Shown here one piece after another: positions 1 through 8,930 of a stretch of 64,000 nt of DNA. Numbering within the stretch: the first letter of the stretch is position 1; each line of letters opens with the position of its first letter. Both the position numbers and the translations under genes were made by a program. Source of the stretch: an uncultured Bacteroidales bacterium (GTDB lineage Bacteria; Bacteroidota; Bacteroidia; Bacteroidales; Paludibacteraceae). Below the pieces are notes generated by a model, which had not been told where the DNA came from, ran no database searches, and saw nothing but the letters and a program-made list of their open reading frames with translations. The stretch is taken from NCBI GenBank assembly GCA_934716995.1, contig CAKUYO010000010.1:1619-65618 (forward strand), in the 5' to 3' direction.

Positions 1-976
1 CGAGATTGTACAAAAGCCGGGTGCCGCCACCCGCAACGCTTCGGCTACCGTGCTCGGCTATTTGGCAGAGCACGTGGGCAATATGATTGTGTCGTCCGCC
101 GACCTGAGCAACTCGGACAAGACCGACGGTTTCCTCAAGAAGACCCACGCTATCCGTCGCGGCGACTTCACGGGGCAGTTTCTGCAAGCCGGCGTGAGCG
201 AACTGACGATGGCGTGCGTGTGCATCGGTATGGCACTTCACGGAGGTATCATCCCCGCGTGCGGCACGTTCTTCGTATTCAGCGACTATATGAAACCCGC
301 CGTGCGTATGGCGGCGCTGATGGAGATACCGGTGAAGTTCATCTGGAGCCACGACGCTTTCCGCGTGGGCGAGGATGGTCCGACACACGAACCCGTGGAG
401 CAGGAGGCGCAGATTCGCCTGATGGAGAAACTGCATAACCACCACGGTCAGCCGTCGATGCTCGTGCTGCGTCCTGCGGACGCCGAAGAGACCACGATGG
501 CATGGCGTCTGGCGATGGAGAACACCGCCACCCCGACGGCACTGATTCTCTCACGGCAGGACATCGCGCCCGTGCCGAACACGTGTCTGGACGGATTCCG
601 CAAAGGAGCCTATATCGTCAGCAAGGACGAGAACCCGCAAGTGGTAATGCTGGCAAGCGGTAGCGAGGTATCGACGCTGATGGCAGGTGCCGAACTGCTG
701 CGTGCGGAGGGTATCCGCCTGCAGGTGGTGAGCGTACCGAGCGAGGGACTGTTCCGCCGGCAGCCGCAGGAGTATCAGGACGAGGTGCTACCGAAGGGCG
801 TGGTGCGCTTCGGTATGACGGCAGGTCTGCCCTGCACGCTGGAAGGACTGGTCGGCGAGAACGGCACTATATGGGGACTGAACAGTTTCGGTTTCTCGGC
901 ACCGTACAAAGTCCTCGACGAGAAACTCGGCTTCACCGCCAAAAACGTGTATGAGCAGGTGAAGAAGTTGATGTAA
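1..976 (+). CDS. tkt: transketolase, C-terminal part (5' end outside window)
   Basis: Frame is open from the window edge to the stop at 976. SADLSNSDKTDGF, FSDYMKPAVRMAALM and SHDAFRVGEDGPTHEPVEQ match the transketolase pyrimidine-binding and C-terminal domains. Confidence 0.9.
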   Translation, partial: EIVQKPGAATRNASATVLGYLAEHVGNMIVSSADLSNSDKTDGFLKKTHAIRRGDFTGQFLQAGVSELTMACVCIGMALHGGIIPACGTFFVFSDYMKPAVRMAALMEIPVKFIWSHDAFRVGEDGPTHEPVEQEAQIRLMEKLHNHHGQPSMLVLRPADAEETTMAWRLAMENTATPTALILSRQDIAPVPNTCLDGFRKGAYIVSKDENPQVVMLASGSEVSTLMAGAELLRAEGIRLQVVSVPSEGLFRRQPQEYQDEVLPKGVVRFGMTAGLPCTLEGLVGENGTIWGLNSFGFSAPYKVLDEKLGFTAKNVYEQVKKLM

Positions 977-982
977 ATAAGC

Positions 983-1249
983 ATGGCTAACGAGGTAGTA
1001 CCATACAACCCGAAAGAAGAGAGCGTAGTTGTCTATCGCACAGCGGACAACACGCTGCAGTTGGATGTGCAGTTAGCCGATGAGATGGTATGGCTTACGC
1101 AACAACAAATGACCGTTCTGTTTGATACCAGCAAGCAGAACGTCAGTTTACACATCAACAACATCTTCAAAGAGGGGGAACTGGACAAAAATTCAGTTGT
1201 CAAGGATTACTTGACAAGAATATGTCGGCTATTATGCGAAGGGATTTAA
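983..1249 (+). pseudogene. RhuM-family protein, N-terminal ~75-aa fragment
   Basis: VVVYRTADNTLQLDVQLADEMVWLTQQQMTVLFDTSKQNVSLHINNIFKEGELDKNSVVKDY resembles the conserved RhuM N-terminus. Full-length members are about 330 aa. The frame ends where AT-rich DNA begins. Confidence 0.55.
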
Positions 1250-1358
1250 GTCCGAACTTATAATTAAAGTTAATCAATTAAACTTTGTTGCCTATGGAAT
1301 AAAACAGCAAAAAATACATATGTAAATAAGCATTTGCTTTATTAAGGATTCTCTCAAT

Positions 1359-1450
1359 CTACCACAAATTGAACTACATCCCTAAATATAGCGAATGTTC
1401 ACGCGTAAGTGTGAACTTTCTGCCTATATTGGATGTAGTGGGTGTGGTAG
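1359..1450 (+). other. extended imperfect hairpin (~92 nt) in AT-rich leader
   Basis: Nested arm pairs: ctaccaca/tgtggtag, ctacatcc/ggatgtag, aaatatag/ctatattg. The apical stem is gttcacgc-gtaa-gtgtgaac. Confidence 0.45.
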
Positions 1451-1522
1451 CCCGAGAGAAACAATATAACAAAAGCGAAAGTTCACGCTTTTCGTATATT
1501 AATAAACAAAAAACAAACGAAT

Positions 1523-2194
1523 ATGAAACAATTATTAGGTAAAATTTTCACCTGTGTAGCAATTTTGCTAATGGCTACCAGCACTTGGGCACAAGACGTT
1601 ATTGTTACAAACAATGCTCAAAAAATTGAGGCAAAAATTCTCGAAGTGTCTAACTCTGAAATTAAGTACAAAGAGAAAAACAATCCCGATGGACCTGTAT
1701 TTGTTCTCGGAACAAATGAAATCAGTTCCATTATTTATGAAAATGGTAGTGTAGCAGTTTATGATCATCACGAATCCACAAAAGAGATAGAGAGTACTAA
1801 GGAGCCAAATACTCTAAAATATGTATCTCGTAGTGGTAATACATATTACTATGACGGAAGAACTTTGCGTGGAGATAGTTACGCTAATTTCTTATCAAGT
1901 AATTGTACAGTTGCTTATGAACAATACAAAAATGGTCAAAATTTGGCAATTGCTGGCTGGATACTATTTGGTGTAGGAGTTGGACTTGATGTAGGATTTA
2001 GTTGGTGGTTGCCATATTCATGGATACCTGCTTTAGGGTGTGAAATAGCATGTATTCCTACTTTGGCTGTGGGATATTCTCGTATGCATAAAAGTGCTGA
2101 TACTTTTAATTATAATTGCGCAAATAAGCGACCACAAGCCTATTGGAGTATCAATGCTTCCAAGAATGGTTTGGGTATTGCGTATAATTTTTGA
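1523..2194 (+). CDS. hypothetical membrane protein with signal peptide
   Basis: Signal peptide MKQLLGKIFTCVAILLMATSTWAQ and a hydrophobic C-terminal half (AIAGWILFGVGVGLDVGFSWWLPYSWIPALG). The gene is AT-rich. No family recognised. Confidence 0.7.
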   Translation: MKQLLGKIFTCVAILLMATSTWAQDVIVTNNAQKIEAKILEVSNSEIKYKEKNNPDGPVFVLGTNEISSIIYENGSVAVYDHHESTKEIESTKEPNTLKYVSRSGNTYYYDGRTLRGDSYANFLSSNCTVAYEQYKNGQNLAIAGWILFGVGVGLDVGFSWWLPYSWIPALGCEIACIPTLAVGYSRMHKSADTFNYNCANKRPQAYWSINASKNGLGIAYNF

Positions 2195-2432
2195 TACATA
2201 ATCCATATGGTATATGGTATTAAGCAGGCGGCAGAGGTGTCGCTTGCTTTTGTTATACGGGTTATTGTCTTGTACAAATCTTAACGATTGGATTTTTTCC
2301 TTTATCTTAATGGCAGGGAACTTTCAGAATACCATAATCACACCTCCAAAATACAAAATGAATCATCACAAAAACACTCAACAAACTACAACAAAAATGC
2401 TCAGCACCATTGTGTATATCAGAAAATTAGTG

Positions 2433-2440
2433 TACCTTTG
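2433..2440 (+). promoter_or_regulatory. Bacteroidota -7 box (tacctttg)
   Basis: Matches TAnnTTTG about 75 nt upstream of the leuS ATG. Confidence 0.55.
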
Positions 2441-2516
2441 CAAAGGTTATATAGTCCAATAACCAAATGGCAAAATAATCAAGCAAATAGTGAACGACAA
2501 AATCGTAAATAGTTTT

Positions 2517-5270
2517 ATGGAATACAATTTTACGGAGATTGAGAAGAAATGGCAGGCTGAATGGGAAAAAGCCGGCACGTACAAAGTAAGCAACCATAGC
2601 ACCAAGCCGCACTACTACGTGCTGGATATGTTCCCCTACCCGAGCGGGGCGGGGCTGCATGTGGGGCACCCGCTGGGCTATATCGCCAGCGACATCTACA
2701 GCCGCTACAAACGTCTGCAGGGTTTCAACGTGCTACACCCGATGGGGTTCGACTCGTACGGACTGCCCGCCGAGCAGTACGCCATTCAGACCGGACAGCA
2801 CCCCGAGAAGACCACTATGGCGAACATCGCCCACTACGTGGAGCAGTTGCGCAAGATAGGTTTCTGCTACGACTGGGACCGCGAAATCAAGACCTGCGAC
2901 CCGTCGTTCTACCGCTGGACGCAATGGGCATTCGTTCAGATGTTCCACTCGTACTACGACACAGCCTTGCAGAAAGCGCAGCCTATCAGCAAGTTAATCG
3001 CCAAATGGGAGGCGGAAGACCCCGCATGGAGCAGCCTCAGCGAACAGGAGAAGCAGGAACGGCTGATGCAATACCGTATCGCCTATCTCGCCGATACCAA
3101 AGTGAACTGGTGCCCCGCCCTGGGGTGCGTGCTGGCGAATGACGAGGTCAGCGAAGGTTTGAGCGTGCGCGGCGGTTACCCTGTGGAGCAGCGTGTGATG
3201 CGCCAATGGAACCTGCGTGTCAGTGCCTACGCACCGCGCCTGCTGGAGGGGCTTGACCGTATCGACTGGACGGACAGCCTCAAAGAGACGCAGCGCAACT
3301 GGATAGGGCGCAGCGAGGGGGCGGAGATGCAGTTTGCCATCAAGGGTCAGGACGAGCCGTTTACTATCTTCACCACCCGCGCCGACACCGTCTTCGGCGT
3401 TACGTTTATGGTGCTGGCACCCGAAAGCGAGTACGTCAGCCGTGTGGTTACGCCCGAGCAGCAAGCCGAAGTGGACGCCTACCTCGATATGGTGAAACAC
3501 CGCACGGAGCGCGAGCGTATCGCCGACCGCCGCGTAACGGGCGTGTTCACGGGCAGTTACGCCATCAACCCGCTCACCAATGCGGAGATACCTATCTATA
3601 TAAGCGACTATGTACTTGCCGGTTACGGCACGGGAGCCATTATGGCGGTGCCCGCACACGACAGCCGCGACTACGCTTTTGCCAAGCATTTCAACCTGCC
3701 CATCGTACCTCTGATTGAGGGTGCGGACGTGAGCGAACAGAGTTTCGACGCCAAAGAGGGCGTGATGATTAACTCGGGTTTCCTGAACGGTTTGCAGGTG
3801 AAAGAGGCGATTGCGAAAATGAAAGAGTACATTACCAACACGGGCATCGGGCGCGTGAAAGTGAACTACCGCCTGCGCGATGCGGTCTTCAGCCGCCAGC
3901 GTTACTGGGGCGAACCGTTCCCCATCTACTACAAGCACGGTATGCCCTACACGCTCCCCGAGGATGCCCTGCCTTTGTGCCTGCCGGAGGTCAGCGACTT
4001 CAAGCCGACCAGTACGGGCGAACCGCCATTGGGCAATGCACAGTGCTGGGCATGGGACGAGGCGAACCGCAAGGTGGTGGACAAATCGCTCATTGACGAC
4101 AAGACCGTCTTCCCGCTCGAGTTATGCACTATGCCGGGTTTTGCGGGTTCGTCGGCGTACTATCTCCGCTATATGGACAACCACAACGACCAAGCCCTTG
4201 TCGGACACGAAGCCAACAACTACTGGCGGCAGGTGGACCTCTATCTCGGCGGCAGCGAACACGCTACGGGACACCTTATATACAGCCGTTTCTGGAACAA
4301 GTTCCTCTTCGACCTCGGGTATATCTGCGAGGACGAACCGTTCAAGAAACTCATCAACCAAGGTATGATCCAGGGGCGGTCGAACTTCGTTTACCGTCTT
4401 ATCGGCAGCCAGAACACGTATGTGTCCTACGGCTTGATTGACACCGACGAGTACCGCGGCAAGGTGCAACCGATACACGTGAATGTGAACATCGTCAGCA
4501 ACGACATACTGGATATTGACGCTTTCCGCGCATGGATGCCCGAGTACAAGGACGCCGAGTTTATCCTTGAGAACGGGCAATACCGCTGCGGCTGGGCGAT
4601 AGAGAAGATGTCGAAATCGATGTTCAATGTGGTGAATCCCGACGATGTAGTGGCTAAGTTCGGTGCCGACACGCTCCGTCTGTATGAGATGTTCCTCGGT
4701 CCGCTGGAGATGTCCAAACCGTGGGATACCAACGGTATCGACGGTGTACACCGCTTCCTGAAACGCCTGTGGAATATGTATGAGACGCTCTCCGACGACG
4801 CTCCCACGGCAGACGAACTGCGCAGCCTGCACAAACTGATAAAGAAGATTACGTGGGATATAGAGAACTTCTCGTTCAACACGTCTATCCCCGCCTTTAT
4901 GATTGCACAGAACGAGTTGCAGGCTCTCAAATGCAACAAGCGGGCTGTGCTTGAGGTCTTTGCCGTACTGCTGGCACCGTATGCACCGCATATCGCCGAG
5001 GAGGCTTGGCACCGCTGCGGACACACGACCACCGTCTGCGATGCCGAGTGGCCCGCATGCAACGAGGCATACTTGGTGGAGAACACGCAGAAGTACCCCG
5101 TGCAGTTCAACGGCAAAGTGCGTTTCACGATAGAGGTTGCCAAAGACACCCCGCGTGAGGAGGTGGAGCGTATTGTCCTCGCCGACCCGCAAACCGCCAA
5201 GCAACTCGCCGGCACCACCCCGAAAAAGGTCATCGTCGTACAGGGCAGAATTGTGAATATCGTGATGTAA
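2517..5270 (+). CDS. leuS: leucine--tRNA ligase
   Basis: [16 protein letters not shown]..., HIGH-type motif [18 protein letters not shown] motif. Start moved from track 2490 to the ATG at 2517. Confidence 0.97.
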   Translation: MEYNFTEIEKKWQAEWEKAGTYKVSNHSTKPHYYVLDMFPYPSGAGLHVGHPLGYIASDIYSRYKRLQGFNVLHPMGFDSYGLPAEQYAIQTGQHPEKTTMANIAHYVEQLRKIGFCYDWDREIKTCDPSFYRWTQWAFVQMFHSYYDTALQKAQPISKLIAKWEAEDPAWSSLSEQEKQERLMQYRIAYLADTKVNWCPALGCVLANDEVSEGLSVRGGYPVEQRVMRQWNLRVSAYAPRLLEGLDRIDWTDSLKETQRNWIGRSEGAEMQFAIKGQDEPFTIFTTRADTVFGVTFMVLAPESEYVSRVVTPEQQAEVDAYLDMVKHRTERERIADRRVTGVFTGSYAINPLTNAEIPIYISDYVLAGYGTGAIMAVPAHDSRDYAFAKHFNLPIVPLIEGADVSEQSFDAKEGVMINSGFLNGLQVKEAIAKMKEYITNTGIGRVKVNYRLRDAVFSRQRYWGEPFPIYYKHGMPYTLPEDALPLCLPEVSDFKPTSTGEPPLGNAQCWAWDEANRKVVDKSLIDDKTVFPLELCTMPGFAGSSAYYLRYMDNHNDQALVGHEANNYWRQVDLYLGGSEHATGHLIYSRFWNKFLFDLGYICEDEPFKKLINQGMIQGRSNFVYRLIGSQNTYVSYGLIDTDEYRGKVQPIHVNVNIVSNDILDIDAFRAWMPEYKDAEFILENGQYRCGWAIEKMSKSMFNVVNPDDVVAKFGADTLRLYEMFLGPLEMSKPWDTNGIDGVHRFLKRLWNMYETLSDDAPTADELRSLHKLIKKITWDIENFSFNTSIPAFMIAQNELQALKCNKRAVLEVFAVLLAPYAPHIAEEAWHRCGHTTTVCDAEWPACNEAYLVENTQKYPVQFNGKVRFTIEVAKDTPREEVERIVLADPQTAKQLAGTTPKKVIVVQGRIVNIVM

Positions 5271-5283
5271 ATGTCATACAGAA

Positions 5284-5313
5284 AAAGGGTGCACTTTGTC
5301 GTGCACCCTTTTT
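5284..5313 (+). terminator. intrinsic terminator after leuS
   Basis: 11-bp stem aaagggtgcac/gtgcacccttt, loop tttgtc, followed by a T-run. Confidence 0.8.
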
Positions 5314-5344
5314 ATTTCAATCAATGCCACAATAAAGAAACACT

Positions 5345-6892
5345 ATGCCTTTAGAACTAAGATATGGATTACGGAAAGATACTAACAAATTGGTATTTGT
5401 AGATGATGTGCTCAATGGACTGCAATGTGGTTGTATATGTCCTCATTGTAAGAAAGCGTTGGTTGCTAAAAATGCGGGACAGAAAAATGAACACCATTTT
5501 GCACACTATAATGGTGCAGACTGCGTTGGTGCGCGAATGACCGCACTACATCTAATGGCGCAAAACATTCTGCAAACTACCAAACAAGTGATGCTCCCCG
5601 CTTATAATAAAGAATTTGTACAAAGAAAAGCACGTTCAATCGCTTTTGACAATGTTACGTTAGAAGATTTTATTACTGAACAAGAAATTATACGTAAACC
5701 TGATTGTATTGGCAGAATAACTAAAGGCGGACAAGAATATACATTATGGATTGAGATTCTCGTTACGCACGAAGTAGATGAGGAAAAAAGTAAGGACGTT
5801 AAATCATTACGGCAACATTGCATAGAGATTGATTTATCCGATATGCTCAATACTGACTATGATGAACAAAGTGTGAAAGAATGCCTCATTACAAGAGCAG
5901 ATAATCGTCATTGGATAGCATATCCAGAGTTGGACGAACAAGACAATCGACTTCGATTACAGGCGTTAGAAGAAAAAAGAGCAAGACGATTACAGGAAGT
6001 ACAAGAACGACAAGAAAAGGAGCGGAAAATCCAAGCAGAAAAAGAGCGGTGCGAGCAGTTAGCCAAAGCATGGCGTACAAATACAACAGAAAAATTAACC
6101 GAACTAGTCATTCAATCCATATCTGCGCACCCCTACAAGCAAGATGAAATCTCCGTTTATGATTTCCTGTTTTCCAATTGTAACTGGGTAAATTTTATTG
6201 ATACTATTCCTAAAAACGAATACGGGTTACGTGTATTCTATGCATTGTCGAACTACTATTGGAAAGACATCTATTTTGATTACCCAGTTTATAGAAGAAC
6301 CATAAATAAACTATGGTTCAAAAAAGGCAATTTAACTACAGAAGAATCCATTGAATTAGAATACTACATTTCTATATATATGTTGAAACGATTGGCACAG
6401 ACATACGGCGGTGCTGTGCCTGAAACATATAAGGCTCTAAAACGCACTTTTACAAAGAGTGCAGATTTTAGAAAACAAGTTTTTATGGTTCTATCTTTTA
6501 GGTATTATCACCCATTTGGTTGTGGAATTAACTCATTTGATGCATTGGCAGACCAAATAATAAACTCCTATCCTGCACTCATTTCACTTTCATTACAACT
6601 CCTTGAGTATATTCAACAACACTACCCACAAAGTTTGCCTTTGATTAATGGGGACAACCTTATAGATAGATTCCGTGAGATTGATTGCAACGATATTTCA
6701 ACTCCTGAATATGTAGAAAATATCCTACAAATATGTTTTCCTAAAATCTTTCACAGACAATTAAACGTACCACAAGAGTTACCTACTCCACAACCTAATA
6801 CCACACAAACAAACAGCACACTCACCAGAGAAATTGATGAAAGAGAGTGGCAAAGACTGAAAGAGTGGTACACAACACACTCCGACAACTAA
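5345..6892 (+). CDS. CoiA-like Zn-ribbon / PD-(D/E)xK nuclease-domain protein with unrecognised C-terminal domain
   Basis: CICPHCKKALVAKNAGQKNEHHFAHYNGADC matches the CoiA-type CPxC...HFAH signature. RKPDCIG...LWIEILVTHEVDEEK fits a restriction-endonuclease-like core. A charged coiled coil spans about residues 195-240. The last ~270 aa carry no motif I recognise. The gene is strongly AT-rich compared with its neighbours. Confidence 0.6.
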   Translation: MPLELRYGLRKDTNKLVFVDDVLNGLQCGCICPHCKKALVAKNAGQKNEHHFAHYNGADCVGARMTALHLMAQNILQTTKQVMLPAYNKEFVQRKARSIAFDNVTLEDFITEQEIIRKPDCIGRITKGGQEYTLWIEILVTHEVDEEKSKDVKSLRQHCIEIDLSDMLNTDYDEQSVKECLITRADNRHWIAYPELDEQDNRLRLQALEEKRARRLQEVQERQEKERKIQAEKERCEQLAKAWRTNTTEKLTELVIQSISAHPYKQDEISVYDFLFSNCNWVNFIDTIPKNEYGLRVFYALSNYYWKDIYFDYPVYRRTINKLWFKKGNLTTEESIELEYYISIYMLKRLAQTYGGAVPETYKALKRTFTKSADFRKQVFMVLSFRYYHPFGCGINSFDALADQIINSYPALISLSLQLLEYIQQHYPQSLPLINGDNLIDRFREIDCNDISTPEYVENILQICFPKIFHRQLNVPQELPTPQPNTTQTNSTLTREIDEREWQRLKEWYTTHSDN

Positions 6893-7284
6893 TCGAACAG
6901 GCGTTTGGCGATGTAGGTTTGGAAGGCGGATTGCCAGTCGGACTGCCATTGGACATAGCCTTTCTGGGTCGGACTGCTGATGATACTGTCCACTCTGATT
7001 ATCATAGGTGTTTCTTCCACGTTGGTTCTGCCTGTATAGTAGTTCTTTCGGGAGGATGACCACGTGGTATATAACAAACCGCGCATCGGCTCGTCTTTGA
7101 CCAACAAGACAAGACTATCAATCGTTATATCATCCACACCCATCGTACTCATCGTTTGTATGACCAGCGGGAGATTTTCTCTTTCACCATTAAGGACTAT
7201 CCGTGTTGCATCTTCTGGTTTCAATTTTGAAGAGCAAGATGCCAATACACACAAGGCAGACAAAAAGAACAAAGACTTTTTCAT
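6889..7284 (-). CDS. small lipoprotein, unknown function
   Basis: MKKSLFFLSALCVLASCSS lipobox. Convergent with the CoiA-like gene and overlaps its stop by 4 nt. Confidence 0.65.
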   Translation of the reverse strand: MKKSLFFLSALCVLASCSSKLKPEDATRIVLNGERENLPLVIQTMSTMGVDDITIDSLVLLVKDEPMRGLLYTTWSSSRKNYYTGRTNVEETPMIIRVDSIISSPTQKGYVQWQSDWQSAFQTYIAKRLFD

Positions 7285-7377
7285 GATAATAAAGATTTAA
7301 CAAATTACGGTACAAAGGTATATATTTTCTGTGACGTATGCAAATAAAAAAGATTTGCGTATATGGCGGAATTGTTG

Positions 7378-7385
7378 TAACTTTG
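7378..7385 (+). promoter_or_regulatory. -7 box (taactttg)
   Basis: TAnnTTTG about 52 nt upstream of the DUF2130 ATG. Confidence 0.5.
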
Positions 7386-7392
7386 TGGCTGA

Positions 7393-7433
7393 ATGAACAA
7401 TGAACAAAGGACAAAGAACAAAAGACAAAGAAC
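7393..7433 (+). repeat. CAAAGAA-word array
   Basis: atgaacaatgaacaaaggacaaagaacaaaagacaaagaac. The same word family occurs at 20688, 21323, 23795, 35068 and 52787. Confidence 0.85.
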
Positions 7434-7437
7434 GGAT

Positions 7438-8757
7438 ATGAACAGGGAATTGAAATGCCCGCATTGCGGGAGTGTGTTTAGTGTGGACGAGGCGGACTAT
7501 GCCGCTATACTCAACCAAGTGCGCAACGAGGAGTTTGAGCAAGAGTTGAAACGCCGGCTTTCCGAGTTGGAACGCACGCACAAGGCGGAGCAGCAGACCG
7601 ACCGCCTGCGCACCGAGCAGGCTTTTCAGAACGAACTCAACAAGAAAGAGCAGGAACTGAGCACCCTGCGTGCGGACAAGGAGAAAGAACTCACCGCCCT
7701 GCGTATGCAGAAAACACAGGAAATAGACAATCTGCGTGCGCAGAAGGAGCAGGAGATAGCCGCCCTCAAAGCCACTATTGCGCAGAGCGGCGACAAGCAG
7801 CAGATTGCCGTGATGGAGGTGCGTCAGAAAGCGGCAAACGTACTGAAAGACAAAGAACAACAGATATTGCAACTGCAGAACCGGATCACCAACGCACAGA
7901 ACGAAGCGGCTCTCAACGAAGCGCATATCCGTCAGGGCTATGAGCAGAAACTGAACCAGATGCAGGAGCAGGTGGACTATTACAAAGAGATGAAACTGCG
8001 TCTCTCAACAAAGATGATCGGCGAGTCGCTTGAGCAGCACTGCAGTGCGGAATACAACCGCAACCTGCGTCCCGTAATGCCGAGTGCCTATTTCGAGAAA
8101 GACAACGACGCCTCGGAGGGCAGCAAGGGGGACTTTATCTTCCGCGACTATGCCGACGGGCAGGAGTATGTGTCCATCATGTTCGAGATGAAGAACGAAG
8201 CCGACGCCACTGCCACCAAGCACAAAAACGAGGACTTTTTCAAGAAATTAGATGAAGACCGCCGCAAGAAAGGCTGCGAGTATGCGGTATTGGTTACCTT
8301 GCTGGAACCCGACAGCGAACTGTACAACGGCGGGATAGTGGACGTGTCGTACCGCTATGAGAAGATGTATGTCATCCGTCCGCAGTTCTTTATCCCACTG
8401 ATTACGCTACTCGTACAGACGAGCAAAAAGACCATTGACTACCAGCGGCAGTTGGCTATCGCACAGAGCCAGAGCATTGATGTAACGAATTTTGAAAACA
8501 AACTGAACGAGTTCAAGGACGGTTTTGCACGCAACTACGACCTAGCCAGCCGCAAGTTCCACACCGCCATCGAGGAGATTGACAAGACGATCGACCACCT
8601 GCAGAAAGTGCGCCAGGCATTAGTCGGTTCGGAGGACAACCTGCGCCTTGCCAACAACAAAGCCGAGGGGCTGACCATCAAGAAACTGACCTACGGCAAC
8701 CCGACCATGAAACAGAAATTCGACGAAGCCCGCACGGCGGAGGATGATAAAGAATAA
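7438..8757 (+). CDS. DUF2130-like protein (Zn-ribbon, long coiled coil, possible nuclease-like C-domain)
   Basis: MNRELKCPHCGSVFSVDEADYAAILNQVRNEEF followed by a Q/E/K-rich coiled coil. The C-terminal half contains GDFIFRD...VSIMFEMKNE. Start taken at the ATG at 7438, downstream of the repeat. Confidence 0.75.
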   Translation: MNRELKCPHCGSVFSVDEADYAAILNQVRNEEFEQELKRRLSELERTHKAEQQTDRLRTEQAFQNELNKKEQELSTLRADKEKELTALRMQKTQEIDNLRAQKEQEIAALKATIAQSGDKQQIAVMEVRQKAANVLKDKEQQILQLQNRITNAQNEAALNEAHIRQGYEQKLNQMQEQVDYYKEMKLRLSTKMIGESLEQHCSAEYNRNLRPVMPSAYFEKDNDASEGSKGDFIFRDYADGQEYVSIMFEMKNEADATATKHKNEDFFKKLDEDRRKKGCEYAVLVTLLEPDSELYNGGIVDVSYRYEKMYVIRPQFFIPLITLLVQTSKKTIDYQRQLAIAQSQSIDVTNFENKLNEFKDGFARNYDLASRKFHTAIEEIDKTIDHLQKVRQALVGSEDNLRLANNKAEGLTIKKLTYGNPTMKQKFDEARTAEDDKE

Positions 8758-8786
8758 TTAATAAAAGAGACAGGTTAAAACGGCTT

Positions 8787-8819
8787 ATCCACCTGACATC
8801 CACCCGACATCCACCCGAC
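8787..8819 (+). repeat. 11-bp tandem array x3 (atccacccgac)
   Basis: atccacctgac atccacccgac atccacccgac. Confidence 0.9.
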
Positions 8820-8837
8820 TTTTCTATACAAAAGTAC

Positions 8838-8892
8838 TTTTAAGGATTTTAAGGTTATTAAGGTCGTTAAGGACTTTAAGGACTTTAAGGTC
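8838..8892 (+). repeat. ~9-bp tandem array x6 (ttaaggnnt)
   Basis: ttttaaggattttaaggttattaaggtcgttaaggactttaaggactttaaggtc. The reverse complement of this word occurs at 46252-46314. Confidence 0.9.
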
Positions 8893-8928
8893 ATTTACAA
8901 ATTTACACACTTACAAATTTACAAATTC
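8893..8928 (+). repeat. tttacaaa-word array
   Basis: atttacaaatttacacacttacaaatttacaaattcc. It is the reverse complement of the tttgtaaa array at 36588-36637. Confidence 0.85.
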
Positions 8929-8930
8929 CC

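Noticed and set aside
2214-2512. Small ORFs (82 and 74 aa) in the AT-rich leuS upstream region.
   Set aside because: Their translations are low-complexity. They overlap each other and the leuS promoter box, and nothing supports them as coding.
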